Origin: Ignavibacteriota bacterium
GTDB taxonomy: Bacteria > Bacteroidota > Ignavibacteria > UBA10030
Assembly (NCBI GenBank): GCA_963701295.1
Contig: OY969585.1
Span: 2,976,001-3,040,000 of the forward strand
Length of the DNA stretch: 64,000 nt
Reading direction: 5' to 3'
In this document: piece after piece, positions 23,620 through 34,696 of the stretch
Numbering within the stretch: position 1 is the first letter of the stretch
How the letters are laid out: each line of letters opens with the position of its first letter
Translations under genes and position numbers: made by a program
The notes under the pieces: generated by a model
Told to the model about the DNA's origin: nothing
The model's database searches: none
Seen by the model: only the letters and a program-made list of their open reading frames with translations

Positions 23620-24195
23620 CTACTTTTCACTCAAGAGCAGTTCTATCTTATCTATTACTTCTTTCTCTTCAGGTCCTGTTCCTGGCGCAAATTTTTCTAC
23701 TACGTTCCCTTTCCTATCTATAAGGTATTTTTGGAAATTCCATGTCACAGCTCCTGGGACAGAAGATTTTTTCGTGAGATATTGATAGAGTGAGTCTTGA
23801 TCGCTTCCCTTGACGCTGATTTTTGAAAACATGTCAAATGTAACGCCATAATTTAATGTACAGAATTGTTTAATCTCATCATTTGTACCTGGCTCCTGCC
23901 AAAGAAAATTATTTGCAGGGAAACCAAGAATCATAAATCCGCGGTCTTTGTACTTTTCATAGATTGATTCAAGCCCTTTGTATTGCGGCGTATAACCACA
24001 CTTTGAAGCAACATTAACAATCATTAAGACTTTGCCTTTGTATTCAGAAAGCGGTTTATCTTTTCCATCAATTGTTTTCATGGAAAACGAATAGAGCTTT
24101 GGTTGTTGTTCCATAAGCTTCTCCTCAGTTTGTGCGGATATTGTCATCGGTACCGTGAATACAATCACTAACACAAATCTTATTGTATTTTTCAT
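23620..24195 (-). CDS. Glutathione peroxidase family (Cys-type), possibly exported
   Basis: NVASKCGYT, GFPANNF..QEPG, WNFQKYL; N-terminal signal-like segment. Confidence 0.93.
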   Translation of the reverse strand: MKNTIRFVLVIVFTVPMTISAQTEEKLMEQQPKLYSFSMKTIDGKDKPLSEYKGKVLMIVNVASKCGYTPQYKGLESIYEKYKDRGFMILGFPANNFLWQEPGTNDEIKQFCTLNYGVTFDMFSKISVKGSDQDSLYQYLTKKSSVPGAVTWNFQKYLIDRKGNVVEKFAPGTGPEEKEVIDKIELLLSEK

Positions 24196-24276
24196 TGTTG
24201 TATCCTCTCAAATATTTCTTCTATAGATACAACATCAAAAACGAGGCAAATAGTTTCAATTACCATGTTGATCATA

Positions 24277-24462
24277 CTAGCCAACCGGCACAATCCACCA
24301 TGCTATTAAATAAGCAACAAAGAATCGAAAAAACCCGGTTACAAGGCCAAGCACTACCACTGCAATACGGATAATAGTGGGATCAGTGTCTGTCATTTCA
24401 CCGATTCCTCCGCAGATTCCTGCAATCTTTTTGTTGGTTTGTGAGCGATAGAGTTTTTTCAT
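24277..24462 (-). CDS. PspC domain protein
   Basis: KKLYRS...IAGICGGI...DPT..R, Y..AW..VP. Confidence 0.9.
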   Translation of the reverse strand: MKKLYRSQTNKKIAGICGGIGEMTDTDPTIIRIAVVVLGLVTGFFRFFVAYLIAWWIVPVG

Positions 24463-24555
24463 AACAAATTCCCAATAATGTTATTTGTGTTTTCTATGGA
24501 CTCCTGAATTGATATACGCAACAACGTGTCGACTGTTGCATCAAAGAGAATATTT

Positions 24556-24984
24556 CTATTCAATAACTACTTTTCGGAGACGCTTTGTTTCACCGCGGAC
24601 TTTCTTCATGCGAAGGCGGTCTTCTCGAGCAGTCCGTGTTGGTTTAGTAGAAATTCGTTTCTTGCGTACTTTCAATGCAGATTTGAGCAGCTCTGCCAAT
24701 CTTTCGATAGCAAACTGTTTATTATTCCATTGGCTGCGAGAATCCTGAGCAACAACTCGCAGAACACCTAAAGAATCAAGTTTTGAGAATAGATTGCTCA
24801 GTAAGCGCTGCCGAAGATGTTCGGGTATGCAAGGTGAATGAGTGACATCGAATAAAAGTTCAACTCGTGTTTCGAGCTTGTTGACGTTCTGTCCGCCAGG
24901 TCCGCCGCTTCGGCTTGTACGAAACTGCAGTTCGGCAACTGGAATCTTGAGTGAATGTGTTACAACTACATGCGATGTGAGCAT
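24556..24984 (-). CDS. arfB: Alternative ribosome-rescue peptidyl-tRNA hydrolase ArfB
   Basis: RSGGPGGQNVNK, RSQ..N, basic C-terminal tail. Confidence 0.95.
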   Translation of the reverse strand: MLTSHVVVTHSLKIPVAELQFRTSRSGGPGGQNVNKLETRVELLFDVTHSPCIPEHLRQRLLSNLFSKLDSLGVLRVVAQDSRSQWNNKQFAIERLAELLKSALKVRKKRISTKPTRTAREDRLRMKKVRGETKRLRKVVIE

Positions 24985-24993
24985 GTTTTTCTA

Positions 24994-25491
24994 TTAAAAG
25001 AAATAGTAGTGCGCAGCAATTTGCGGGAGAGGAATAACCCTGCCATCCGAAAAAAAGACGAACACACCTTCTACGGATATATGTAGTGCCTCTTGCACAT
25101 GAAATTCACCGCCGACACCTGCACCCATCCGAAACGGGCCTTGTACTTCATTAGATCCGGTGCCATTATAGAAATACGCGATTGTGCCTACAATAAAGAA
25201 TCGTGTTGCATTACTTCTCACAAGGTCATATTGATATTCACCGCCAACACTCATCAAAAGTTTGTCTGATGTTTTAATGATCCCAAAAACTGCTTGAAGC
25301 GATGACTTTGATGGAAAATGAGAACGAAAACTCAGTCCGACCCCAGAACCCCATCCTGCCGACAATCCCAAACCATACACCGGTTTGCTCAAGTCTTCAG
25401 CCTTTGATAACCCCGAGGTAGTTATTTGAGCAAGAGAGATCGATATAAAGACAAACGATAGAACACACCACGAAAGAAAAATATTTTTCAT
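24994..25491 (-). CDS. Small outer-membrane beta-barrel protein
   Basis: Signal peptide, alternating strands, C-terminal HYYFF. Confidence 0.7.
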   Translation of the reverse strand: MKNIFLSWCVLSFVFISISLAQITTSGLSKAEDLSKPVYGLGLSAGWGSGVGLSFRSHFPSKSSLQAVFGIIKTSDKLLMSVGGEYQYDLVRSNATRFFIVGTIAYFYNGTGSNEVQGPFRMGAGVGGEFHVQEALHISVEGVFVFFSDGRVIPLPQIAAHYYFF

Positions 25492-25661
25492 ATGGTCTCC
25501 ACTAATTTCTCTCGAAGAAGGAATCTAAAAGTGAACCTTGGTAAGATACGATTTTCTGTAATAGAAGAAAAGAGAAGATTTAAAAAATGAGATACTCGGT
25601 AAAGTGCTAAGGCGGAAGACGTATATCCGTCGCTTTCTTTGATTGCGCAAAGGAACCCCTC

Positions 25662-25744
25662 TGTCCCGAAGAATTATCATTCTTCGAGACACTTCCCCTT
25701 ATGAAAAAGGGGAGAACATGACAGAAAGTCCCGCTATGCGGGAT
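25662..25744. repeat. Cluster of REP-like hairpins
   Basis: TGTC.CGAAGAAT/ATTCTTCG.GACA, TCCCCTT/AAGGGGA, GTCCCGC-TAT-GCGGGAT. Confidence 0.5.
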
Positions 25745-26395
25745 GCCGCACATTTATATTTTTTGAAGCGGCAAAACGCATGTGAAATCGAATTGTATTT
25801 TCTCAATGTGGAATGTGGATTACGGATTTAATTAGATTCTCGTTATAAGATTTCGATCGGACGTAAAATAAGCATTGCCTTGCTCTGGCTCTCTTCAGTG
25901 TTGTCGATTTCGCGGGCATAGTGAAAAAGATTAAGAAAAGAGCAATGCCTCAACCCAAGAAACAGCGGTAAAAAGCAACGGAAAGACAGGCTGATTGCTC
26001 CTCTATCCCGTACAAAACGCGAATGATGGGAACAGTTTTTAACAATGCTGTCAGGACTTACGTCCTGACGGAAAGGATGTATTACTCAAGGAATTGTCGG
26101 GAGGGAACTTCCGACACCACTGTGGAATAGTAGTTATTGTTCTATTTGCGTTTGATTGATCTCTAACGTACTTTATTCGCAGTTGTTTTACTTGTGATAT
26201 TATGGGAAATATGATGAGGGATCGTTTGTTTTTCAATTCAAAGAAAATAAAGTTCTTAGGTAATAAATTGTGGCGTCGAGCATGTCGTTATAGACAGATA
26301 GACGCAACTTCTCCGCCTCTTCCACCACACAAATGACGGACAGGTTTATGGATGCGTTTTTACACTGGTTAGTTTTGCGCTAACAGGAGGATTCA

Positions 26396-27781
26396 ATGAA
26401 TAGGATAATGGCAGCTGCTGTCTTGTCGTTCGGTTTTATCTTTCATCTCCCGGCACAGAACGCCAGTCATATCGATCCGATCTTGCTGATCGAACTCGAA
26501 CGCTCTTGTATTCCAGACGCTCAATTAAAAGCGGCTCAGAATACACTTTCTCAGATCGACGGTAACAAGGCTACTCAGAATTGGGAAAAGATTATTGGGG
26601 TCGATCCATATTTTTCACTCCGCTTGAAGGATCAGAAGATTACCAACCAGAAGAACACGGGGAGGTGCTGGATGTTCTCGGGGCTTAACATTATTCGCCC
26701 GGTGATCGCCAGCAAACTTGGCTGTGAGGACATCGAATTGTCACAAAGCTACCTGTACTTCTATGAAAAACTGGAAAAAGCCAACCTCTTTCTCAATGCG
26801 ATTATCCAGACTAAGGATAGACCATATACAGATCGTTCAGTAGAGAATCTCATGAAGCATAACGTGCAGGATGGTCAAAACTGGCTTGGTTTTATCGAGC
26901 TCGTCAGGAAGTACGGTGTCGTCCCGAAGGACATCATGCCAGAGACAAACAGTGCATCGAACTCTGGTCACGTGAATTATGTGCTTAGCTTGAAACTCAA
27001 GCAGGCCGCTGTAAAGATCCGGCACCAGTCAAACACCACCTTGATTGCAGAGATCAAACTGAAAACCCTGAAGGATGTCTATCGCATTCTCGCCATCAAC
27101 TTTGGCTTTCCGCCCAAAGAGTTCGCTTGGCGTTATGAGACAAAAGACAAGAGACTCTCGCCTCTGAAGTCGTACACGCCGCAACAGTTCTATCATGATT
27201 TGGTTGGGAACGTCCTCGATGAGTACTTCCCGTTATACTCCATTCCGACATTACCATTTAACAAGAAGTACGAAATCGATCTTGATCGGACCATAAGTGA
27301 TCAACAGAACATGTACTTCGTCAACTGTTCGCTTGAAACACTGAGAGAAATTACCAAAACATCGCTGATAGACAGCAATGCCGTTTGGTTTGGCTGCGAT
27401 GTCAGCCAACAATCCAGCACAGACAATGGATTAATGATCCCACGACTTTATGACTACGAATCGCTCTACGGAATGGACTTCAGTCTTTCCCGTGAGGATC
27501 TTTTCGAAACATACTCTAGTGCGCCCAATCACGATATGGTGTTTACGGGCATAGACGTCATAGATGGAAAGGTAACGAAGTGGCTTGTTGAAAATTCATG
27601 GGGGGATACCAAGGGAAAGCGGGGATACTTTTATATGCTCGACGAATGGTTCGATAAGTATGTGCAAGTGGTGGTCGTTCATAAAAAGTACATTCCCGAA
27701 AACCTGATAGCAGTCTTTCATGAACATGCTACAGTACTCCCTGCGTGGGATCCTATGCAGAAAGTACTGAACGCAGAGTAA
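26396..27781 (+). CDS. pepC: Aminopeptidase C / bleomycin hydrolase (C1B cysteine peptidase), secreted
   Basis: NQKNTGRCWMF (catalytic Cys), NHDM (His), VENSWG (Asn); signal peptide; AGGAGG RBS. Confidence 0.92.
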   Translation: MNRIMAAAVLSFGFIFHLPAQNASHIDPILLIELERSCIPDAQLKAAQNTLSQIDGNKATQNWEKIIGVDPYFSLRLKDQKITNQKNTGRCWMFSGLNIIRPVIASKLGCEDIELSQSYLYFYEKLEKANLFLNAIIQTKDRPYTDRSVENLMKHNVQDGQNWLGFIELVRKYGVVPKDIMPETNSASNSGHVNYVLSLKLKQAAVKIRHQSNTTLIAEIKLKTLKDVYRILAINFGFPPKEFAWRYETKDKRLSPLKSYTPQQFYHDLVGNVLDEYFPLYSIPTLPFNKKYEIDLDRTISDQQNMYFVNCSLETLREITKTSLIDSNAVWFGCDVSQQSSTDNGLMIPRLYDYESLYGMDFSLSREDLFETYSSAPNHDMVFTGIDVIDGKVTKWLVENSWGDTKGKRGYFYMLDEWFDKYVQVVVVHKKYIPENLIAVFHEHATVLPAWDPMQKVLNAE

Positions 27782-28062
27782 AATGTGTTGATAGTGCACA
27801 GGCTCATCCGAGAATTCTAATGCAGTTCTTTTTGACTGCACTTGCTTAGTGGGGTAACAGGCGTATGAAACTATCCTACCGCGCGAATGTCAACATTATA
27901 AGCTCTACGGCTTTACTCACAGAAATTTTAGTATTATGAGTCCGTAAAAACCGCTGCATAGTACTACAGGACGTTATGCGCCATTTTGCGAAATGACAAA
28001 AACACAACCCACATATTAAGAAAGTGTGTGGAATGCGACGAAGCTACTTTCTAATTATTTTT

Positions 28063-29415
28063 TTATGTCGATGCACTTCTATCCACTTTCTCCAATTTCC
28101 CGCCTTCTTGTTTATCGGCGCGGAGCAAGAGAAGTGAAAAAACCAAACCAATGACGCCGAGCATAGAAAACATGACCATGCTTGCGGTATACGTGTGTGT
28201 TGCATCTCTCAAAAGGCCGTTAAGCCATGGAAAGAGTGCAAGGCCAAAATTTTGGATCATTGTTGTCAAACCAAATGCAGTACCAACTCGATTCTTCTCC
28301 ACAAGAAGCGGAATCGAGGGCCACATTGCAGCCGGAACCATTACAAAAGCTGCTCCGAGTACGATCATAGGAAATGCCGGCGGTATCATCGTAAACGCCA
28401 TTGTAAGAAAAGCTGGGACCATCAGTATAGATCCACCAACCATGATCGTCGCTCGACGACCAAAGCGATCAAGTAATTGTCCGAAGATTGGTGCTAAAAC
28501 CATTGAGGCGAATATAATAATTGTCGTGGTACCGCCTGCCGTGCTGAACATATGGATGACATTGTAAAACACTTGAGTAAAGAATCCACCTTCCGACCCA
28601 ACCGTGAGCGGTAATCCCCATTTACTGTTGAAAAAATCTGTCGAAAGTGCTGTGAAGGGAAAGATGGCTGAGTAGAATGTCAAACAGAGCAGCGTCACAT
28701 ACCAGTAGGAGGAACGAAATTTCTTGATATCCGCAAGAACGATCTTATCGCCGCCCCCTTCTTCCTGCAATTTGAGTTCCCGTTCGCCGTGCCTATCCAA
28801 CATAATATAGAGTGCATTGGCAAGAAGCGATAAACAACAGAATATAACTGCAGCCCATAGTGCTGCACTATAACGGCCAAAGAACTCGGCAATCAACGCT
28901 TCTGTATTAAAACTGAAGAGTGTTCCCAATCGGCTGATGGTGAGCCCTACTCCAAACGCAAACGCTAGTTCCTTCCCCTTAAACCATCGTGTAAATATCG
29001 CACTTTGGGCCACAACCAATGATTCCGAACCCCAGCCAAAAATGAAACGACCAAAATAGAGAATCCAAATGTTCGGCGCTACAGCAACAATCAAGGCTCC
29101 AAGTGTTACGAGCATAGAAAAAAGAAGGCTTGCGCGTCGTGTTCCGATACGGTCAATCAACAAGCCTCCGATGAACACGGAAAGAATAGCCGCAACACTA
29201 TAGAGCGTGTACATTTGCCCTATGGATTCACGGCCGATGCCAAGCGCTTCGATGAGTGTGGGCGCAATTGCACCGACGCTGTCATATGCAAAATAACTGC
29301 CGAATGTCAGCAAGCTCACAACAAAAAGTACTGAATAACGATAAGGTCGACGAGATGGATGGAACCATGATACATTACTAAGAGCATTCAATTGATCAAT
29401 TTCAGTCATAATCAT
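28063..29415 (-). CDS. MFS transporter, MFSD1-like
   Basis: 12 TM pattern, LLTFGSYFAYD N-terminal motif, GLLIDRIG.R, GRFIFG.G.ESL, WFKGKEL. Confidence 0.85.
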   Translation of the reverse strand: MIMTEIDQLNALSNVSWFHPSRRPYRYSVLFVVSLLTFGSYFAYDSVGAIAPTLIEALGIGRESIGQMYTLYSVAAILSVFIGGLLIDRIGTRRASLLFSMLVTLGALIVAVAPNIWILYFGRFIFGWGSESLVVAQSAIFTRWFKGKELAFAFGVGLTISRLGTLFSFNTEALIAEFFGRYSAALWAAVIFCCLSLLANALYIMLDRHGERELKLQEEGGGDKIVLADIKKFRSSYWYVTLLCLTFYSAIFPFTALSTDFFNSKWGLPLTVGSEGGFFTQVFYNVIHMFSTAGGTTTIIIFASMVLAPIFGQLLDRFGRRATIMVGGSILMVPAFLTMAFTMIPPAFPMIVLGAAFVMVPAAMWPSIPLLVEKNRVGTAFGLTTMIQNFGLALFPWLNGLLRDATHTYTASMVMFSMLGVIGLVFSLLLLRADKQEGGKLEKVDRSAST

Positions 29416-29457
29416 CCTTTTGTTTTCTTTCTTGCGCTTTTATAAAGCCTTTTTCAC

Positions 29458-29493
29458 AAAATAAAAGCGCTGCACGTTTTTCCGTACAGCGCT
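29458..29493 (-). terminator. Intrinsic terminator between pepD and the MFS gene
   Basis: AGCGCTGTACG/CGTGCAGCGCT stem plus TTTATTT. Confidence 0.6.
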
Positions 29494-29538
29494 CTAGGTT
29501 TGCGATGTCTGTACAATTTCTCCTAAACTCTGCTTAAG

Positions 29539-30997
29539 TTATTTTACGTTTTTCAAAATTGCCAGCAAGAAATTCCAGAATTTTTCTACCGTATCAATAT
29601 GGATTTTTTCATCCGGAGAATGCACTCCTTCGAGCGTCGGGCCAAACGACACCATATCTATTCCTGGATATTTTTCACCGATGATCCCGCATTCGAGCCC
29701 GGCATGAATTGCTTTTACTTCTGGCTTTTTCCCTGTAAGGTCTTTATAGGTTTCTCGTGCAATTTTCAGAATCTTCGAGTCCATGTTTGGTTTCCAACCG
29801 GGATATCCATCAGATGTCTCAGCATCTGCACCACCAAGCTGTAGGATTGATGCAACCGTGTGAACAATCTCATCGATCTCAGACGCAACAGAACTTCGCT
29901 GGCTGGTGATCAGGGTAACGCTTTTCGCATCAGTCTTGATAATCGCAACATTGGTGGAAGTTTCGACCAATCCACGAATTTCAGCGCTCATTTTCATGAC
30001 ACCGTGCGGCAATGCGGAGAGTGTTTGAAGGATTTTCTTTTGAATCGCTTTCTTCAACACCTTCCCTTTTTTCTTTCCTTTTACCTCATCAATGAGAATG
30101 GCAAGTTCGGGCTCAACTGTTGAGAGTTCCTCTCTGAGGATGGAATTATATTGCGAAACTACTGCGCTGGCGTCATTCAATTTTTTATTGGGGACGTATA
30201 CAACAGCTTCTGCTTCGCGTGGAATCGCATTACTCTTATTCCCTCCTTCTAATGTCGATATGCGCACACCAAGTTTATCAAGTTCTATCAAAACACGGTT
30301 TAGGAGCTTGAGAGAATTTCCTCGTCCTTTGTCTATCTCTAATCCTGAATGCCCGCCTTTCAATCCTTTGACCTTCACAAGAGCCGGAGCATATTTCAAA
30401 TCGATAGATTCGTACGCGGTTTTCCATGTGCCAGTAGTGTCTTTTCCACCAGAACATCCGACATACAACTCACCTTCCTCTTCAGAATCAAGATTCATGA
30501 GAATCAGTACTCGCAACAAATCCTGGTTGAAGATTATTCGCTCCGGTTAATCCAGTTTCTTCGTCGACGGTAAAGAGAAATTCCAACGGGCCATGCATAG
30601 CCGACGTGTCTTCCATAAGTGCAAGATTCGTCGCCACGGCAATGCCATTGTCGCCACCCAGCGTCGTTCCATTGGCCATTAAATAATTACCGTTCACAAC
30701 TAATTCGAGCGGATCCTTTTCAAAGTTGTGAACTTTTTCCTTATTTTTCTCGCAGACCATATCGAGATGCCCTTGCAGGCAGACCATAGGAACGTTTTCA
30801 CGTCCCTGAGATGCCGGTTTGCGCACAAGAACATTGAGCACCTTATCGCGTTTTGCTTCAAGGCCAAGCTTCTTTGCTGTCTCGACGATGTAATCAGAAA
30901 TTTTCTTTTCATTTTTTGAACCGCGCGGAATTTTGCTAATCTCTGCAAAGTATTTCCACACCAATTCCGGTTTCAAGCCTTCCAATGGATTTGACAT
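29539..30997 (-). CDS. pepD: Aminoacyl-histidine dipeptidase (M20C); +1 frameshift near 30508
   Basis: IPRGS, QGHLDMVCEK, TLGGDNG, DEETGL, then NLDSEE, GGHSG, IHAGLECG, HSPDE. The two ORFs join across one extra base. Confidence 0.9.
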
Positions 30998-31008
30998 AGC
31001 AGCCTCTT

Positions 31009-31389
31009 TTATTTTTTTTGAGAGAATTGCGACTTTTCTTCGTTTTTCAAACCTACATCGATAAATCTATGTGAGTGCAATCGCTGAATATACCTGCGTA
31101 CCCGCGTATCGACAGGTTCAGCAATTGTACCATACTCTTGTTTCATTTTATTTGCAATATCCTGTACTGTCATTGTGCCGTCACAATAATCCCAGACAAA
31201 ACTGCCAAGGATATCAAGTTTCACACGCATATTTGTCCTGTTCTTTTTCGGCGTGAACCATTCAACGAGTTTGCTTTGTGGCTCTGGCACAAGAACGACA
31301 ACTTTTCCCTTCTCCACGAGTTCGGATGGATACAATTGTTTAGGTCTTAATTCAAAAATATCTAATGGCTTCGAATTCTGTCTTATCAA
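31009..31389 (-). CDS. Standalone PqqD-family / RiPP recognition element protein
   Basis: KLDILGSFVWDYCDG..TV.DI...M...YG ... V..YI..L....FI winged-helix signature. Confidence 0.85.
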   Translation of the reverse strand: MIRQNSKPLDIFELRPKQLYPSELVEKGKVVVLVPEPQSKLVEWFTPKKNRTNMRVKLDILGSFVWDYCDGTMTVQDIANKMKQEYGTIAEPVDTRVRRYIQRLHSHRFIDVGLKNEEKSQFSQKK

Positions 31390-31474
31390 CCCTAATCGCT
31401 AACTATTTATTTAAAAATATTTTGTTAAATATATAACACTTCAAACAACCATTAAGTGCCCCTGCCTTGTCAGA

Positions 31475-33564
31475 TTACATCATTGCTGTTGGAGGTGCAG
31501 GTTCGTCTGCCCTTCCTGCTTTCGATAATGGAATATAGATTAAATATAAGGCAAGGATCACAAAAATCGGAATCGCCAGCCACGATGCAATTGATTCAAA
31601 TCCTTCTAATGTCCAGAATTCCGGCTTGCCGCTCATTCGATCCCGAACAAACACAACAGTAGCGATGAACAATCCCATCAATGCCTCTCCTGCAATTAAT
31701 CCAGACGCAGACAAAATTCCGGCGTTCTCGACTCTTGCCTTTTGAGCATCATTATAACCTCGTTGAGAAGCGCGCTTATCGACTAAACCGCGAATTAATC
31801 CGCCGATGAATATTGCAAATGTTGTTTCGAGCGGCAAATACATTCCAACAGAAAATAACATCGGACTTTTTACTTTGATCAAAATTAATGAGATACCCAA
31901 TGCGATTCCAACGAGAACCAACGGCCACGCCATTTCACCACCGACTATTCCTTGCGATAACGCAGCCATTAATCCTGCTTGAGGTGCGGGAAGTTTTGAA
32001 CCGCCAAATCCGCCTGTCAATGGATTGCTCGCAAGATCGGAGTTGTGAAGAACATAGAGCGGGAAGAACATCACTAATCCGGCAAGGATAACGCCGATAA
32101 TATCTCCAACCTGCATCTTCGATGGTGTTCCGCCAAGAATGTGGCCGACTTTAAGGTCTTGAAGCATTTCTCCGGCAACTGCCGATGACACACACACCAC
32201 CGCAGCAACACCAAGAACAGCGGCAACTCCTTGCATTCCTGTGACGCCAATGATTACCATTGTCAATGCAGCCACGACAGTGGTTGCAAGTGTTAATCCA
32301 GAAATAGGATTATTGGATGAACCGATCATACCAACAAGATTTCCCGAAACTGCCGCGAAGAAGAATCCTGCAACCAGCATAACGACAGCGGCAAGGATTG
32401 CACCAAGCAGCATGTTTGTGAAGTAGAAATAAAGCCCGATCATCAATGCAAAGACAACGACGATACCGAGGATGACTGCTTTGAACGAAATATCTTTCTC
32501 GGTTCTTTCTGTCGCAGCTTTTGCAGCAGCAGATTTCTTCACATCAGCAATACCACGCTTGATGCCAAGAATTAAGTTCTTGCGCATTTTCCAAAGAGTG
32601 TAGCATGCGCCAACGAGCATTCCTCCAACTGCAATCGGTCGGACAATGTAGCGATAGAGATGACCGGTGAGTGCAGCCCATGCAGCAGGTGAATCGCCAT
32701 TGCTTGTAACAAGATATTTGTCGATTAATTGAGGCCCAGAAAAAACACTAGCAAGGGAACAAATAATCCCCAAGCAAGAACGCCGCCTGCAAAGTTTAAT
32801 GCTCCGAGTTCCGGTCCGATGATATACCCGACACCAATGTATGCCGGTGTAGCAGCGGGTGCAGAAATTGTGGTGATGCCACCGCCGAGAATTCTTCCCG
32901 AATCCGGTTTCATTCCAAGCTTCACAAATGATTCTTTCACACGTCCGACCATTACTTGAAAATCGTTTGATGAGTGAAAAATTCCCAATCCGTCGATTAA
33001 TTTAATGAATGCGCCGACTGCCATTGCTTTGAACAACGAGACAGCCGCATCTGCTCCGCGTTGACCCGCCTTATGAATTTCAGCTGCTGCGACCGATTCA
33101 GGAAATGGCAGGGTTTGATCTTCTACCATTACGCGCCGTAGAATCGTAACAAACATAATTCCAAGGATGCCGCCAAGAATCATCAGCGATGCAGCGATAA
33201 TATATTCTGTCAGCATGTTTTCCGGCGTGAACTTCCAAATGTGAAGAATCACAAATGCGGGGATCGTAAATATTGCACCGGCTGCTACAGACTCACCAAT
33301 AGAACCAACCGTTCGAGCAAAATTCTCTTCGAGGATGGATCCCTTCATGATTTTGAGTAATGCCATACCGATAACTGCAGCAGGATATGTTGCTGCTATC
33401 GTCATTCCGGCTTTCAAACCGAGGTAAGCATTTGCCGCACCGAGAACCACACACATCACCAAACCGATGATCAGTGCGCGGATTGTAAATTCTTTCATGT
33501 CGGTATTGACAGGAACATACGGGATAAATTTTTTCGGTCCGCCTGTGTTTGTTCCATCTGCCAT
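31475..33564 (-). CDS. OPT family oligopeptide transporter; one-base deletion near 32735
   Basis: EFTIRA, YLGLKAG, LPFPE, GVGYIIG, SSNNPISG, QDLKVGH.LG.TP, APQA. The ORFs join if one base is added in CTGGGCCTCAA. Confidence 0.9.
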
Positions 33565-33597
33565 AAACATCTCCTTACGTTTGAGTGAAGTATGAGA

Positions 33598-34497
33598 TCA
33601 ACGAATAAAAATCGCTTTTGTAACATACCACGCCATATGCGGATTCTCTTTTAAACGACGTGTTGAATAAGCATACCACTGTTCGCCAAACGGCACATAG
33701 ACTCTCAATTGATGTCCATCTTGAACAATCGCGTTTCGGCGTTTCTCGCGCACACCGAGAAGCATTTGAAATTCATAACGCTCTTTTTCCAACCCGTTCT
33801 TTTGTATCATCTCACATGCGCCATCGATTAAATAATCATCGTGTGTAGCAATACCAACATAAGAACCGGCTTCAAGAATAATTCGCAAGAGCTTGAGATA
33901 ATTTTCTCTGATTTCCTGTCGTTCTTTAAAAGCGATTGATGGTGACTCATTGTAAATGCCTTTGCACAGCCGGATATTTGTTCCTTCTTCCACAAGTGCA
34001 TAAACATCGTCTTCACTTCTGCGCATATATGCCTGGATAACTACACCGGTATTTTTAAAACCATCTGCTCGTAGTCGCCGGTACATAGTAAGTGTATCAT
34101 CCGTCGTCGTTGCATCTTCCATATCAATCCGGACAAAGTTATTAAGCCGGTCTGCTTCTTTAATAATTTTCTTAAGATTGCGATAGCCAAGTTCTTTGTC
34201 GATCTTCAGTCCGAGTTGTGTCGGTTTGATGGAGACATTAGAATTTAGTCTATTCTCCTTAATTGATTGGAGAATAGAAAGAACTCCTTTTTTTACTTGT
34301 TCGGTTTCGCCGGCATTTTTCACATCTTCGCCTAACAAATCCATCGTTGCCATTATTCCCTTTTCGTTGAGGTTCTTAGCAACACGAACACCATCGGACA
34401 AACGAACACCGGCAATATACCTTTTTGCCACCTGACCGACTATTGTTTTCGGAATGAACGGAAGTACTGTCGTGATAAGCTGATTCAGTATCGGCAT
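33598..34497 (-). CDS. Monofunctional proline dehydrogenase
   Basis: SIKPTQLG, RIDMED, RLCKGIY, IATHD, FQMLLG, YVPFG..WY.Y..RRL.E. Confidence 0.95.
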   Translation of the reverse strand: MPILNQLITTVLPFIPKTIVGQVAKRYIAGVRLSDGVRVAKNLNEKGIMATMDLLGEDVKNAGETEQVKKGVLSILQSIKENRLNSNVSIKPTQLGLKIDKELGYRNLKKIIKEADRLNNFVRIDMEDATTTDDTLTMYRRLRADGFKNTGVVIQAYMRRSEDDVYALVEEGTNIRLCKGIYNESPSIAFKERQEIRENYLKLLRIILEAGSYVGIATHDDYLIDGACEMIQKNGLEKERYEFQMLLGVREKRRNAIVQDGHQLRVYVPFGEQWYAYSTRRLKENPHMAWYVTKAIFIR

Positions 34498-34582
34498 AAC
34501 TTCCTATTATTGCGGGCTATTTTCCGTAGAATTAACAATTCAAATCCGTGTCAATATAGCCACACAGGCGCGAAAAAGCAAT

Positions 34583-34605
34583 AAAAAACCCTCCAAATTG
34601 GAGGG
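34583..34605 (-). terminator. Hairpin/terminator after the M13 peptidase gene
   Basis: CCCTCCAA/TTGGAGGG inverted repeat plus T6. Confidence 0.6.
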
Positions 34606-34696
34606 CTTAAAAAAGCTGAATATCAGCTAACATCATGATACTCTCAGAAGAATCCGTTAACTCGCTGAAGCCTTCAAGAATGGTAAAAGGAAACTA

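Noticed and set aside
23620-24195. Selenocysteine glutathione peroxidase
   Set aside because: The active site is a Cys codon with no in-frame TGA
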